The position numbers were made by a program, and so were the translations under genes. Positions 29,501-46,141 of a stretch of DNA of 64,000 nucleotides are shown here, piece by piece (the first letter of the stretch is position 1; every line of letters begins with the position of its first letter). Source of the DNA: the human T2T-CHM13v2.0 reference genome, Homo sapiens. The notes under the pieces were generated by a model. The model had not been told where the DNA came from. It saw only the letters and a list, made by a program, of their open reading frames with translations, and did not search any database. The stretch lies in the NCBI RefSeq assembly GCF_009914755.1, contig NC_060931.1; one strand, 5' to 3'.

Positions 29501-30779
29501 CACAACAGTACAGCAAATTTATTTTTGACAAAGGTGCAAAGGTAACTCAATGAAAGGGTAGTTTTTTGTTTGTTTGTTTGCTTGTTTTTTTAACAAATGA
29601 CACTGTAACAATTGGATATCCGTAGCCAAAAAAAAAAAAAAAGAATCTCAAACCCAAACCTCACACCCTATGAAAAATTTATCTCAGAATGGATCATAGA
29701 TTTAAATGTAAACCATAAAAGTATAACATTCTTATGAAATAACAAGAAAAAAACTTTAGGACGTAGGGCTTCTTGATGAGTTGTTAGGACATCAAAAGCA
29801 GGATCCATAAGATAGAAAATTGATGCATTTGATCGCATTGAAATATAAAATTTTTTTGAAATATAAATTTTTTCTTTTATCAAAGACCCCTTTAAGATGA
29901 TAGAAAGCTACAAGCTCAGATAAAATATTTGTAAACCACATGTCTGATAAAGGAACAGTACGTGGAACATATAAATAACACAACATTAAACAATAAAAAC
30001 ACCAAACAATTCAGTTAGAAAATAGGCAAAATACATGAAGAGTCCTTTCACAGATGAAGATATAAAATGGCAAATAAACACATGAAAAGATGAACATCAC
30101 CCGCCACTAGGGAAATACAAATTAAAACTTGAGATATCACTATACATCAATATAATGGCTAAAACAAAAACTTGTGACAAGATCAAATGCTGGTAAAGAT
30201 GTGAGTAAACTGGATTCGTGGTTGGACTGTAAATTTTATAGACATTCTGGAAAACAGTTTGTCAGTTTCTTATAAAACTAAATACTCAGCTACCACACAA
30301 TCCAGCAATTGTGGTAGTTGTATTTCTCCTGTGCTTTCATTTAGGAGAAAGACTATGTTCACAGAAAATATTCAGCTTTATTTATAATAGCTCAAAACTG
30401 GAAAAAAACAAAATGCCACTCAGTTGTTAAATTATTAAACTGTGGTACAGCCATACCATGGAATACAACTTACCTGTTAAAAGGAATGAACTATTGATAC
30501 TCACCACAACTTGGATAGATCTCAAAGGCTTTATGCTGAGTTTTAAAAGCCAATCCCAAAGCCCACTTTTGATACTATATGATTCCACTTACGTAGTATT
30601 CTTTTAATAATAAAACAATAGATATGGAGAATATTATCAGCCCTGAGGGGTTAAAGATGGTGGGGCCAGAGAAGGTGCAGTGTGACTATATAGGGTGGCA
30701 GAGGGAGGTCTTGATTGGGTGGTGATTACACAAAGTTGTATATGCAATCAAATAACATAGACGTATATGCACATATTAT

Positions 30780-31383
30780 TGAAGTGGCTACGTTGTCTGG
30801 GGTATATACCCAGGGTTTGTGGTCTTGCTCCAGGAAAATTTAGGACAGGGACACACACAAAGAGTTTGGGAGCGGAGGTTTAATAGGCAGAAGAAAGAGA
30901 AAGAACAGCTCTCTCTCTAGTGAGAGAGAAGGGACTTCCAAGAGGAAAGACTGGCTGGTGGCAGATGCGCTGGATTTTATATTCCGCCTTGAGGAGGCAA
31001 TGTCTGGTTTACATAGGGCTCACAGATTGGTTGGATCAGATGTGACATTTACATAGCATGGGGGAAGGCTGGTCACCCCACCCTAATCTTATTTTGTAAA
31101 TGAACTCTCCCCTTGGTGGTTGCCATCTTATCTGCTCCTTACTATACACATGGCTGGCAGAGAAGGGAAGATGGAGCCACCATCTTGAACATGTCTAGTC
31201 AGTAGTTCCTGCTGGCATTGACTCTTGTAAGCTCCCAGCTTGTCTATGTCTGCAGCTCAACTTTACAGGCTGCTCTTTGTTAGAAAATGATTTGAGGCTG
31301 CTTTTCATTAAAAGAAAAGCTTTACCGAGGACTCCCATACCCTCACTATCTGCCTAAGTGATTTCTTCTTCACTCCTGTATTA
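30780..31383 (-). mobile_element. LTR9-family ERV1 solo LTR
   Basis: Minus strand starts taatacaggagtgaagaagaaatcacttaggcagatagtgaggg and ends cagacaacgtagccacttca. Confidence 0.8.
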
Positions 31384-31799
31384 TTCTATAATCATGTAAG
31401 CTGTAACTTTGGGAAAAAAACTGAGTGAAGGCTGCATAGGACCTCCTACTCCCTTTGCAACTTCCAGGTTTGATTTCAAAATAAAACAAATTTTTAAAAA
31501 GTAGTATGTTTTTAAAAAGAAAATAAATGCACATGCATGTAGATACACATGTTTAGAGGGACTTGGTTGAAACAATCTCACAACTTGATTGATTTATTAG
31601 GAATGCTGCTTATAGGAGGAAGGCTTTAAAAAATTTCAGTAATTAAAATCTGTTGTAAAAATCCAAATTTACATTTTAGTTAAATTTTTATAACTTACCA
31701 CTTTTACATGGTTTTTATTCAAAAAGAACTTACCTATTACAAGAGCAGTAACTTTACATCATAACTAAATATTTGAAGCAGGAAAAAATAGCAACATAG

Positions 31800-32106
<307 letters not shown>

Positions 32107-32715
32107 ATCATGTATTAATTCTAATTGTTATCTGAATAATCCCCTCCTTAAGCTAAAAATCACTTAAGATGAAGAAAGCTTACTTTAGGAATTTTTAAGG
32201 GTCCACATTTATACAGCTTATTTGAAACATAAATTGACCTTCCATCACCTCAACTGTACTGTGTTAAGACAGAAGCAGCATATTCAACATGGGCAGTTCT
32301 ATGATGTATTAGGAAAAGGGGTAAAAGACAGTACTTATCATGAGAGTACATGATAGCTATGGAAAGTGACCATTCATCACTCAGCCATCTCCACCACAGC
32401 AGCCACTGCTACAGCAGTGCCACTGCTTTTACTCACGCTGTGAAAGAACCAGTACAATAGTTCCTCAGAGTCATCAGGGACTAAATAAACAAAAAGGAAG
32501 CAAATTTTGGTAAATATTCGTTTTTCACATTCTAAGCAAGTTTACATTCCCTCTTGGAATTAATTTCATTGGTAATATATTTTAATGTGAGGTAAACCTT
32601 GATTTCTATCATTTAAAAAAGAGTTTTATTTATTTGTGTGCATTGTACTTTGTGTGTTTGTAAACTACAATACAATAGAAAACTCTACAATGAGAAAATT
32701 ACTGTCTAATGGAGA

Positions 32716-33322
32716 TGTCAGAGGTGTTTGAACCAGAGCCACTCCATCTTGAATAGGGGCTGGGTAAAATGAGGCTGAGACCTACTGGGCTGCATTCCCA
32801 GATGGTTAAGGCATTCTAAGTCACGAGATAGGATGTTGGCGCAAGAAAGAGGTCGGCTCAAGAAACAGGTCATAAAGCCCTTGCTGATAAAACAGGCTGC
32901 AGTAAAGAAGCCGGCTAAAACCCACCAAAACCAAGATGGCCATGAGAGTGACCTCTAGTCATCCTCACTGCTACACTCCCACCAGCACCATGACAGTTTA
33001 CAAATGCCATGGCAACATCAGGAAGTTACCTTATATGGTCTAAAAAGGGGAGGAACCCTCAGTTCTGTGAATTGCCCACCCTTTCCCAGAAAACTCATAA
33101 ATAATTGACTCCCTGTTTAGCATATAATCAAGAAATAACCATAAAAATGGGCAGCCAGTGGCCCTCAGGGCTGCTTTGTCTACGGAGTAGCCATTCTTTA
33201 TTCCTTCACTTTCTTAATAAACTTGCTTTCACTTTACTCTATGGACTCACCCCAAATTCTTTCTTGCATGAAATCCAAGAACCCTCACTTGGGGTGTGGA
33301 TCAGGACCCCTTTCTAGTAACA
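32716..33322 (+). mobile_element. MER41 (A/B-type) solo LTR with tandem GAS motifs
   Basis: tgtcagaggtgtttgaaccagagc...ggacccctttctagtaaca; 4-bp TSD gaga/gagt. Confidence 0.9.
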
Positions 33323-33412
33323 GAGTAACTAGTTAAAATAATAATAAGGACAAAAAATTCAAAAAAGAACAAAGAGCTAAAGAATATAGTAAATATTAAC
33401 TGTCAAAAATTT

Positions 33413-33708
33413 TCTCTTTTTTTTTGAGACAGAGTCTTGCTCTGTCGCCCAGGCTGGAGTGCAGTGGCGGCGACCTCAGCTCACTGCAAGCTCTGCCTCC
33501 TGGGTTCACGCCATTTTCCTGCCTCAGCCTCCCAAGTAGCTGGGACTACAGGCACCCGCCACCACACCCAGCTAATTTTTTTGTATTTTTACTATAGATG
33601 GGGTTTCACTGTGTTAGCCAGGATGGTCTTGATCTCCTGACCTCGTGATCCACCCACCTTGGCCTCACAAAGTGCTGGGATTACAGGCGTGAGCCACCGC
33701 ACCCAGCC
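33413..33708 (-). mobile_element. AluY-like (older copy)
   Basis: Y diagnostics; perfect TSD aactgtcaaaaattt at 33398-33412 and 33709-33723. Confidence 0.9.
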
Positions 33709-34575
33709 AACTGTCAAAAATTTAATAAATCATACTATCATAAAATTCTTACCAAGAATTATTATTTTCTTTTAATCACAGCAGTGGGGGACAAACATCT
33801 GAAGTACAGATGCTGAGTTGCCTTCACCCCAACTTTCTTATGTGAAACAGCTTGTAAATTGTTGCTTTCTGCCTCTAGGATTGTGTGTTTTAAATCATTT
33901 TAACACTTGATGTTTTCGTTGGTTTTTGTTTTTCCTCATGAATACAGGCTTTACTAATCAATTCCAGCAATTTTTATATCTCTTTCTTGCCTGAAGCAGA
34001 TGATAAAAAAAAATGTGCTAAGCATTTATATGTTTCCTAAATGCAGGGGGACCAGTTTCAAGTGACCCATCAATAGAGTCCATGTTGAATAAACAATGGT
34101 GAAGGCACACAGTGGAGCCATAAAGAACAAGTACTGGGTCTGTGTATGGATGTGGAGTGATAAGCTGGGACATGTTTTTAGGTGAAAAAAAGCAAAGTAC
34201 ACAGCATTAAGAAGTATGTTACCTTTTGTGAAAGAAAAATGAGGAAATAATTTGCTTATTCTTAAAAAAAGTTACACTCGAAGGATAAATTAGAAATCAC
34301 TGAAAATGATTGACATAATGGCTGGAGGTGGGAGGTAACAGAATAGGAATGAAGTGGAGAGGATAAATGGGAACAGATGGACCTGACTCTATATGCCAGT
34401 GATAATACAACCACACAGAGAAGAGATAAGTGACTTTTGAGCAAAATATGCTGGCTCTAAGAAGTGCAAAATATATATTAATTACTAGGAATGACATTTG
34501 CATTGTAATTTTTAAATTACATAACAGTAGGATAAAAATAGGAGAGTATATTAAGGATTTTAATAAACAAGAGTC

Positions 34576-35459
34576 TGTCAACAAAAAGAGTCAAACTCTG
34601 TAAAATATTTAAAGAGATTTATTCTGAGCCAAATATGAGTAACCATGGTCCATGACACAGTCCCAGGAGAGTCTGAGAATGTGTGCCCAAGGTGATTGGG
34701 ACACAGCTTGGCTTTATACATTTTAGGGTAACATAAGACATCAATCAATACATGTAATGTATATATTGGTTTGGTCCTGAAAGGTGGGACAACTAAAAAC
34801 TGAGGGTGGAGTTGGGGGCCACTTCCTGGTCATAGGTGTATTCAAAGATGTTCTGATTGACAATTGCTTGAAAGAGCTATCATATAAAGACCTGGAATCA
34901 ATAGAAAGGAATGTCTGGGTTAAGATAAGGGGTTGTGGAGACCATAGTTTTGTCATGCAGATGAAGCCTCCAGTAGCACGCTTCAGAGCTCTTATCAGAC
35001 CTATAAAGGTGCCAGACTCTTCATTAATTCTCTCCTGGATGGGGGAAAAGACCTGGAAAGGGAAGGGGATTGTCTACGGAATGCAGATTTTCCCCACAAA
35101 AGACAGCCTTGCAGGGCCATTTCAAAATATGTCAAAGAAATATATTTTGGGACAAAATACATCTATTTCTTTCAGGGACCACTGTCTGTCATGTGATGCC
35201 AATACTAGAGTCAGGCTGGAATTTGGTTTCTTATTGCTACAAAAAGTCTGTTTTGTCAGTTTTAAGATCTCTATTTTAATGGTAAAGCTGGTCAGCTGTG
35301 CCTGAATTCCAAAAGGAGGAGGTTATAATGAGGCATGTCCAACGCCTACATTTCATCATGACCTGAGACAGGTTTTCAGGTTAACTTTGGAATGCCCTTG
35401 TCCACAAGGAGGGGTCCATTCAATTGGTGAGGGACTTAGAAGTTTATTTTTGGTTTACA
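34576..35459 (-). mobile_element. MER4D-type ERV1 solo LTR
   Basis: Minus strand tgtaaaccaaaaataaacttctaag...gactctttttgttgaca; ~880 bp; TSD agtc/ggtc. Confidence 0.82.
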
Positions 35460-36692
35460 GGTCTTAGTGTAAAATGAGACATATAATTAAAATCTAAATA
35501 CAACAGGATAAGCAAAATAAGTAAATATGTTAAAATGTTTCATTGTATGAGAAAAGCCACACACAACACAAATCTAAGAGGAAAATTTTTGAATTATAAT
35601 TAATATTATGAATTTATAATTTTTAAAAATGTATGTGTATGTGTGTTTTTATGTGTTCCTATCTGTGCCCACCAAGAAGGCCTAGAAGGGCCACCCCAGT
35701 CAGTATACTACACGTGATAGCCAGGTCTTTGTTCTAAATATATTCTCCACCAAAAGGAAGAGAGAAGGTTAATTACAGATATGGGCAAGATCAGCTGAAG
35801 ATATCTTCTTAGTTTAGAAATGAAAGAAGCTTTTAGTGATTAAAGGAGTGTGTCAAAAAGACATGAGAGCTAGCTTGAAGTCCAGATCTCCCATTAGCCA
35901 AATTTTGGATAATTTGAACATCAAAAAGAATAAAGACTTCAATGTGTTGCAAAAGAATGAAAAATAAAGATTTTATATTCTACAGTAAAATGCAAAATGA
36001 AGAGTTAACCTTAGAATGATAAAAACTCATTACAAGTGACTGTTGCCCTGACATAGAAAGATTAATTCAGGTAAAGACTTTTGCTAGCATTTGTAGAACA
36101 ACAGGATAGGTGAAATATAATTATCCAGTTTAGCCCTCATGAGGCCCTGTGAGGTCTTATTATTCCCATTAAGGCACACAATAATTAATTTAATCAGTCC
36201 AAGATCACATAACTATTAAGTACCAGATTTTTAATCCAGATTTCTCTGGAGATGAGACCTGTCAGTATCTGTATCTAAGGATACAGGTCTTCTGGGCAGT
36301 TATGGTGTGGCTTCTCTGTGCAAAGCACGATGACAGATATTAGGGTGAAATAAAAGCAGACTGTATTTTCAAATTTACCTCTGCAAAAAAAGATGATACA
36401 GAAAAGAAGGCATGCCAAAGACAGCTCGAGCCAAAATATGAGTAATTAGGGAAATTTTAAACATAGGCACCATCCGAATGGTCACTGTGGCACTGTTGGC
36501 CTTATGGACTAAGGAAAATGCACTGCAGAGCAAGGGAGGCAGCAAACTGTGGAGGCCAGTTGTGTGGGGTGTGGTGGAGTGCAGAGAGGACTAGAATATC
36601 CTTTTGGGGCCACTGGGTGGGGAGGGGTCTTGAATTTAAAGTCTTACAATTCACCAAAGCTAATGGATATGTGACACTGGGCTCAGACATCA

Positions 36693-37210
<518 letters not shown>

Positions 37211-37875
37211 CAGAGTTCAGGGAGGGAGAAGGGGGCACATGCAAGCAGGCAGCCATGTGCAGAGCTGGGCATCCAGAAGCGGGGGCCCTCCACCTCCTGG
37301 GCGAACTCGAAAACCACCACCACAGAACATAAGCTATTGTACTTAGAATTATTCAAAGGCCAGTTGTTATTCTGGAGTTTGCTGGATTAATTTATTTTTT
37401 AAAATTTTGCAGATGGACCTTTTTCATCTCTTTGATGACTTCACACGCTATAATTAAACACATTTTGGTTGTGAGCACATTATCAAAGATATTAGAAGCA
37501 AAGAAGGGAGGAGAATGAGAATTTTGCAAACTGTTGAAGATAAAAGTTGAGGGCCTTTATTTAGGATGCAGTAATTACCAGTGTTTGAATTTTGGAGGGA
37601 GGTATAGAGGTAGAGCAGTTGCTCATAGCTGAATGAGATCTACAGGTATGAACCATAACACAAAGCCATTAATCTTTTAAAAAAAAATGTGTTTTAACTA
37701 ACGTTGGAACTCTTTCTGATACTCATCTCTCCATGTCCTTGATCTTAACATAAAGTGCAGATGTGACACATTTGTTGGCTGATATATTATAGCTGATATA
37801 GAATTGATTGAGAATTACAGAGATCCTCAATTCTCATGGAAAACTGTGAAAGATAGACTCCTGCAACACACTAAG

Positions 37876-38045
37876 ATGGTGCTTCTCAAAGTGTATCCCC
37901 AAACAAGCAGCATCCACATCACCTGAGAACTTATCAAAGCAAATTCTCAGGCCCCAACCCAAACCTAGTGAATCACAAACTCTGCAAACAGTGTTTTCAA
38001 CAGCCCTCCAGGCCATTGTAATGTATGGGAAAGTTTGAAAAGCTG
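37876..38045 (+). mobile_element. MER5A-like hAT MITE
   Basis: gtgcttctcaaagtg...cagcatc...cacctgagaactt...aaagtttgaaaagctg. Confidence 0.7.
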
Positions 38046-38274
38046 CCCTCGGAGGCCTGGAAGGTATACTGAATTTATGTCACTTCAAGCAGTTTGCTTG
38101 TTTTAAGATATCTCTGCTGAAAGTGTCCTGAAGAGGACTGGTTCTTTGAAGGTCTTAGTTATGCTTTTTCTGTGAGTATTTAGAATTAATTAAACGAAAT
38201 GGCTGCAGATTTTAGCCCCAAAATGGAAAAGTTAATGAAAGTCACAGTGTTGTCTCTTATAAAAATTTTAAATG

Positions 38275-39036
<762 letters not shown>

Positions 39037-39080
39037 TTAATACCTAATTATATATATTATATATTTATGCACACATATAG

Positions 39081-39257
<177 letters not shown>

Positions 39258-39475
39258 ACGCTTCCCAGAACACAAACTCTGACTTTTTCTAGAACATTTT
39301 ACTGATGTGAACATTCTAGATGACTCTGGGAACTATCAGTCAAAGAAGACTTTTGATGAGGAATAATGGAAAATTGTTGGTACTTTTCCTTTTCTTGATA
39401 ACAGTTACTACAACAGAAGGAAATGGATATATTTCAAAACATCAACAAGAACTTTGGGCATAAAATCCTTCTCTA

Positions 39476-39593
39476 AATAAATGTGCTATTTTCACAGTAA
39501 GTACACAAAAGTACACTATTATATATCAAATGTATTTCTATAATCCCTCCATTAGAGAGCTTATATAAGTGTTTTCTATAGATGCAGATTAAA
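39476..39593 (+). terminator. Proximal polyadenylation signals (AATAAA 39476-39481; ATTAAA 39588-39593)
   Basis: Hexamers seen directly. ATTAAA is followed by GT-rich gctgtgttgtc. Confidence 0.65.
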
Positions 39594-42500
39594 AATGCTG
39601 TGTTGTCAACCGTCCTCACCGTGTACCTGCATATCTTTTTCAGTTCTGATTCCATCACCCAGGAATGTTCCCCCTGCACATTTTCACAGGGCAGAGTCAC
39701 GCATGAATGGATCATAAGATATTAGGACCAATTTCCACTGAAACCCTGTTTAAATTCTATTTAATTACAGACATATCTCTAATGTTGATGTCTACTTCAC
39801 ATAAATATATTTCCTTTTTATAATAATATATGGCTTTTATCTGCTTCATTCTCAGTCACTTGTGAAATGCAGGTGTAAAGATCACTAACTCACACTTTCT
39901 CAGTTCTTTCCCCTAAGCTCCTGTATTGTACACCATAGGTAAGCACATACATATATTTCATTCTTATTTACATTATTTTCTCTTCTAAGGATAACTTTAA
40001 TTCATTCCCTAAACTGAGGAATAAAGTAGGCTGGAAAATTTGCATTACTGTTCCATCAAGCTGAAGCAGACAACAAAATAGGGGAGGAGTCCTTCGATTC
40101 TCCTAGGATAGTTAAGGAAAATCAAACTCCTAAACAAGTTTATATACCTGAAATCTAAATGTGCTACAGATAACTCAGCTGTCAGTTCAGTGGAATCATA
40201 TTTGTCATCAGACTTGAGTCATCTATCCTCCATAAACTACACAGTAAAATCTTGACTGATAACCTTGAATTAGCCACCCTTCACAAGCAGAGTGAGGAAG
40301 CAGTTATTTTGTTAAAACAAAGCTGAAGACCAAGTGCACTCCACAACTTTCCTATAGTTATAATTCCAAACCAACTTCTTTTCTCTTCATTTGAACAGAG
40401 AACATAAAAAGCCACTGCAAAGTCCTGCTAATCTAATTAATGCATAATAGAAAATAGTTCTACCTTTATCAATCATATCAGCATGCGGTGTGTTGATGAA
40501 AGAGGTAATTGGAGTCTTAATAGGTGTAGGATAAAAAAAGCAAAACTATAATCACTATTAATGTCTTTAAAGGATTAAAATATATATAATCATTATTTGA
40601 AGCCTCTAAAGGTATTTTTCATATTTTTGTTTATTCTGAAATTTTGCATTAAGAACCTATTAAGTACAAAGCATTGACAACAAGGGAATAAGGCTTGATT
40701 TCTTGCCTTCTTGGACTTTCGGTCTCTGGCATAAGAAGTATATGAAATCATAATGTATTGTATTAGGAGCCAAACTAGAGACCAGCAAATGGAGATTAGA
40801 AAGCCTTCCTAATGAGAAGATGGAGAACATGAAAAAATCATTATATAAAAAATAATTCAATCATTAAAGACTGAATAACATTCAAGAAAAATGGATACAT
40901 CTATCATAATTGAAAAATTAAACTATTGTGAACCTTAGTAAGTATAAAGATGCCACTGACTGAGTCATCAAAACACTACATATAGTCATTTAATTTTTGT
41001 CTTGTTCATAAAGAACACCTTGAGCCAAAGGAACTACCAGTACATAGATTTCATGAAAATACTCAGGGGAATTATTAGCTAATTGTTCTCAGGTGTAATC
41101 AGCTTTCCAAAATTTAACCTTTGTATTAAAGACTGGTAGACATTGGCCATCCCTCCTTTATTCAAGGATGGATTGTTTGAGACACAGTTATTTAAAGTTG
41201 TCGTTTTGCTAATAAATGGCCCTAGCCCCCATGGGTAGGTGGGCCATTAGTAACCTCTTCTCTCTCCATCAGGCATGATGCAGTTAGAGACTCAGTCCAT
41301 GCAGCTCAAAGTCTTCCTGTTTCCCTTAATAATAATTCCTACCAGAATGGATGATGAGCTCTGAAATAATTGCAATGGTGTTTTCAATGCTGTGAGAATT
41401 TCAGAAAACCTAGTATTTTGTTGCATATAGAGAGAATGAACCCAGTATCATCTTGGGAAGTTAACTGACTCACTTGCTCTAAACTTAGTTTGACCTGCAG
41501 GGTCACCAGCACACACTCCTAAGAGCTAAAGCTCAATGGCTGTTATTACACCAAAGTAACTCCCCTCCCCATCTCTGATTTCAACCCCCTCATTCCTCTC
41601 TCCTCATAGAAATAATGCATAAACCAAACACATGGAAGAACTTGGATTTTTGACACTGTATATACTCATTAATAATAATGGCATTATTTGCATTTTTGTC
41701 CAAGATCAACTTCTTCTTGCAGTTAGACTTTCACAAATACATAGCTATCTCAGATTGACATTCTATTTTCCTCCCCTCTGTTGTCAGAGAACTCTTTGCT
41801 GAGATTGTCAACAACAAACTGTTCTATTCAATAAATAACCTGAATAACTGCCCAATAAAAAAGGAAAGTATAAGTTACTCAATTTCAAAATAATATGGTT
41901 TGGAGATAGCACAGAAAAGGGGGCCTCAGAATTCAAGTATAGAAGTTCTGGAAAAGCCATAATCACTAAAATTCAAATAGGCCTGCTCTATAAGTACCTA
42001 ATAATTGTTAAATGATTTGTTCAAGTTAATAAACTAAATCGTGCTTACAAATGTATTAATGAATTTATTTCAAATTTTCAACCCATATTTAGATCTGAAA
42101 GTATAAAGCTACTTATGTAAGCAATAGAATGGTTCTGGAAATTATCTGATGTCTTAGAGGTTTTCAAGTTAAATTCATTCTTTCAGTGATAGGATATTTA
42201 CTTGTTGGGTGGATTAACAATACTTTTTATTGACATTTCCCAGAAGTCTTGAGAAAAGTCATTTCAAAAACTTGTATTTCATCCCTGCATGCAAGAAGTA
42301 TTAGATGCACTCCAGTCCAGGCAAGTCCTGCTATAATGTTGCAGCTAGTGCAGATGGAGAGGCACAGTGTCCTTGACATCAAGGGGTCTGTAAGCCTTGA
42401 AACTAATTTAGGTTTGATTATAATACTTTTAATCTTTTGATACTTAGAATTTCATCACCTGCTTTGTGCAGTAAAACATGCTAAGAAGAATTATCATGCA

Positions 42501-45500
42501 GTTTTAAGTTCATAACATCAATAATATGTTTAATAAACTTTCTTCCCTCGTTCTCCAACATAAATGTTGCATTTATATAAGGTTAAAAGTCCTAAAAAAT
42601 CATAAAATTCAGATGTTTAATTTTTGTTTTTAAGCAGTGAAATGGGTTTTTAAATGTATACATTATCTGAAACTTACAAAATATACACTGTTTCAAACAA
42701 GCATTGTTGGAAACTAAATCCATTATTTTAAATGTGGACTATTTAAACATGTAGAAAACAAAATTATAGACATAAACTATGATTTTAAAAAATTAACAAT
42801 TTGCTAAATTTGCTTCAATGGGCAAGAGATCAATCCTACTTTTCATTGTTATTTTTAATATCATATTTTTCCCCAACATAATGTTATTATGAAGAGTATC
42901 AGATGTACAAATAAGCATCATTGGTAAAAACATACATGCTTCTTTGGCCAACATAATTTGTAACTGTCTTACTGAACCTACTTACCTACTATATTTTTTT
43001 TCCTCACTAGTAGCATCTGATGGTTGATACAGTCAGTAACTATTCTGAAGAATCAGATTAAGAGAGAACAATTTACTTATTCAGGAATAAGTGCATTTTT
43101 ACAGTACATATTTTTCACATTTCAGCTGCAACTTCCAAAGATCAGGTTCTCATTGCTCCGTAGCACAGATTAAACAGCCTACTTATGTCATATCCTCACT
43201 TCACACCAACTTCTTCAGTCTATTATTTTAGTTTTCTAAATGTAGATCTAGTTTTCAACTGAATTCTTTGAGGATCGCAATCACACACAAAATAACATCC
43301 AAACTCCTCAACATGGAAGACTGGTGTCTTCACAATTAGATCATGGACAACACCATGACCCAGGCCCCTGTGGCTGGTGAGACTTCTGGGCCCTGGGTAC
43401 CACAGACTATACTCTAAACATGGTCTTTACTATCTCAGATCCTGCCCTGAGTGTCCTTTGCAGCATGTTGAGTATTAGCCATTTTCAATGTCCAGTTCAA
43501 GTGCCATTGCTGGTAAGGCTTCTGTAGTTCTTATTGGAAGAATTGTCACTCTATGTCCCAGTAATAGTACTAATTTGGTTTCTTATTTTAACATATCATT
43601 TAGGAATCATACCATAGTTTGCATAATGGTTAATTTTATGCCTGCTTCTTCTATTATTTACAAATCCCTTTAGTTTGGGCTGTGAAATATTCAATTCCCA
43701 AAACATCACCCAATATCTATATGTTAAAGGCTTGTTGAATTGTATTCCATCTATTAGTTCAGAGTTATTTGCTATTCTTGTTTAAGGACAATGTATGTAT
43801 TAAAGAGCAACTAAAAACTCCCATTACTGTTTGCCAACCCAGTTGTCTTTTGATTTCTCTGTCAACTTACAAGTATCAAATATCTAAGTCACAGAACCCA
43901 GAGACACATCAAATACCCCAAATACCCCATGGTAGTTTTCGGATGAACTCTGACAGCTATTGGCCATTTCTGGTGCAAGTCAGAAAAAAATTGCTTTTAG
44001 TGTGAAATTTTTGATGCTGAAGAAAGTTGATTGTATTGAAGAGACACTGGCCCTTTATGATAAAGGAAGTCAAGTTTACAGTTTTGATATTTGTTTACTT
44101 TCTTATTTCTAATTTTTGGAAAACAATTTTCTTAGACTTTCATTTGTGATATTGATCATTTCTGTGTGTTTTAATCTTTCTACATAACATAATTAAACAC
44201 CTCAGTAGGTATCTAGTGAACTGATACAATAATGAGCTGAGTCATTTGTACAGAAATATAGTAGCTTCCATAATCTGAATGATAACCATTTAAAAGTGAT
44301 GGTTGTTGAAATTTTACTGTAGTGTCAAATTTCACTTTAAATTTTGCAAAGCACCTGCTATTCTAGCCTTAACACAAAGATTTGGCTAATTTTTAAATGA
44401 ACAAATCCCATTGAATATTAAGTGACACTGACAATCACCCTGAAAAGTATTCAGCCAAAGTTTCAATAGAATTAGGAAACTTAAATGAAAATGTGCTCTC
44501 AGTGCTTGGCCCATGAGCAGTTTATGATTTAAGACGTGCATACTGTTTAACTCTTTCCTTTAAAGTTCAGAAAAGTACATAAAACCTCTGGCTGACCTAT
44601 TATATAGGCACAGAATTATCAAAAGCAATCAAAGTATGTACCTAAAGTCAATTTAGTATATTATGAATACAGCCTGATGACTAAACACAATTGCAAATAT
44701 TGCGACTTTAGTTTTTAATTCAATTTTCAGCAAGTAGAAATATTTCTCAATTTTATTTGGTATCTAATTATATTAAGACCAACATATACATTAAAGTGTA
44801 TTTAGATGATTAATATTTAATGATCATTATTTTATTTAATGATTAATATTTTCTATTATTTGAATTTCTGTAATTTATGTTTTAGAAAGAACTGTTTCCA
44901 AACACATTTTATGGAAAGATTTCATTTTTCCATTCCCTTTACTTTTATATTTACATTGTCAAATAAATACAATTCTATTTTCATTTCTATTAGTTTTCAG
45001 GGTTTATTCTTTTCCTAAGCATATAATTCTTATAATGGAAAAAAGTGAAAAGTATCCAGTAAGTAATATACACCTATGAAACTATTAATGTTCTTTATAC
45101 TACCAAGTAGTTTCATAGTTTTAAAAAGCCATTCTTAAGCAGTCGGTGAATGTATATCATCGGCCAAAAGTTATGCTAGGTTTCCTTCACTTATTATCAC
45201 ATTTAACCTCACAGTTCTCCCAAATTGTGGGTAATGCTATCCCCTTTGTTGCAGAAAAGTAAATATAGGCTCAGGGAAATTTAAAAACTGCCTTAAGATT
45301 CAGTCTAGTGAATGAGAGGCTGAGTTAAGAATCCAAATCTGCTTTATATCAGAGCCCGTGATTTGAAGTCTTATCATTTGTGTTTAGGTCAGGGACCTCT
45401 AGAAAATAGACAGAAATTTCCAAAATGGTCTTTTACCCCACTCCCCATAAATAAGATAATGAATAGCAACACTGATCCCTAATTCTAGAATATCAATCTT

Positions 45501-45858
45501 GATACTTGTCAAAGTAAATAGTAGCTCGTCACAAAAATGTTGTAGCCTCCCTAGTCTAAATGCTTATGCTATATTTTGTTTCCTAAATCTAGAGATCTCT
45601 TTTTAAAAATAGTATTGAAGCATCAGGTTGTTCAGGTATGATTCTCATATTGAAATTTACAAAATATAACCAAATATTGTGACCCAGTTTTTCTGGAGCC
45701 AAGAGAAGTAAACTGCCATTTATTAGGTGATGATTATAGGGCAAACACTACAATTTCAAATTTCATATTCTTTTATCTGATTTATTCATTTTATCAACTC
45801 TGCTATATTGATGAAGAAGTCAACATATGGTGGGTAACTTATCCAAATTTCAGTGATG

Positions 45859-46141
45859 GGCTGGGCGTGGTGGCTCACGCCTATAATCCCAGCACTTTGG
45901 GAGGCTGAGGCAGGTGGATCAGGAGTTTGAGGCCAACCTGACCAACATGTGAAACCCCATCTCTACTAAAAATACAAAAAAATTACCTGGGCATGGTGGC
46001 ACATGCCTGTAATCTACTCGGGAGGCTGAGGCAGGAGAATCCCTTAAACCGAGGGGGTGGAGGTTGCTTGAGCCGAGATCGCGTCACTGCACTCCAGCCT
46101 GGGTAACAGAGCAAGACTCTGTTTAAAAAAAAAAAAAAAAA
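45859..46141 (+). mobile_element. AluS in the extended 3'UTR, with two small internal deletions
   Basis: TSD tcagtgatgg on both sides. The stretches ggatca^ggag and gtaatc^tactc lack consensus bases. Confidence 0.92.

Noticed and set aside
34784-35305. 173-aa ORF
   Set aside because: It lies wholly within the MER4D-type LTR (antisense) and has no recognisable domain.
45859-46141. Possible inverted-Alu hairpin in the 3'UTR
   Set aside because: It is the only Alu in the UTR, and neighbouring Alus (36.9-51.2 kb) are all in the same orientation.
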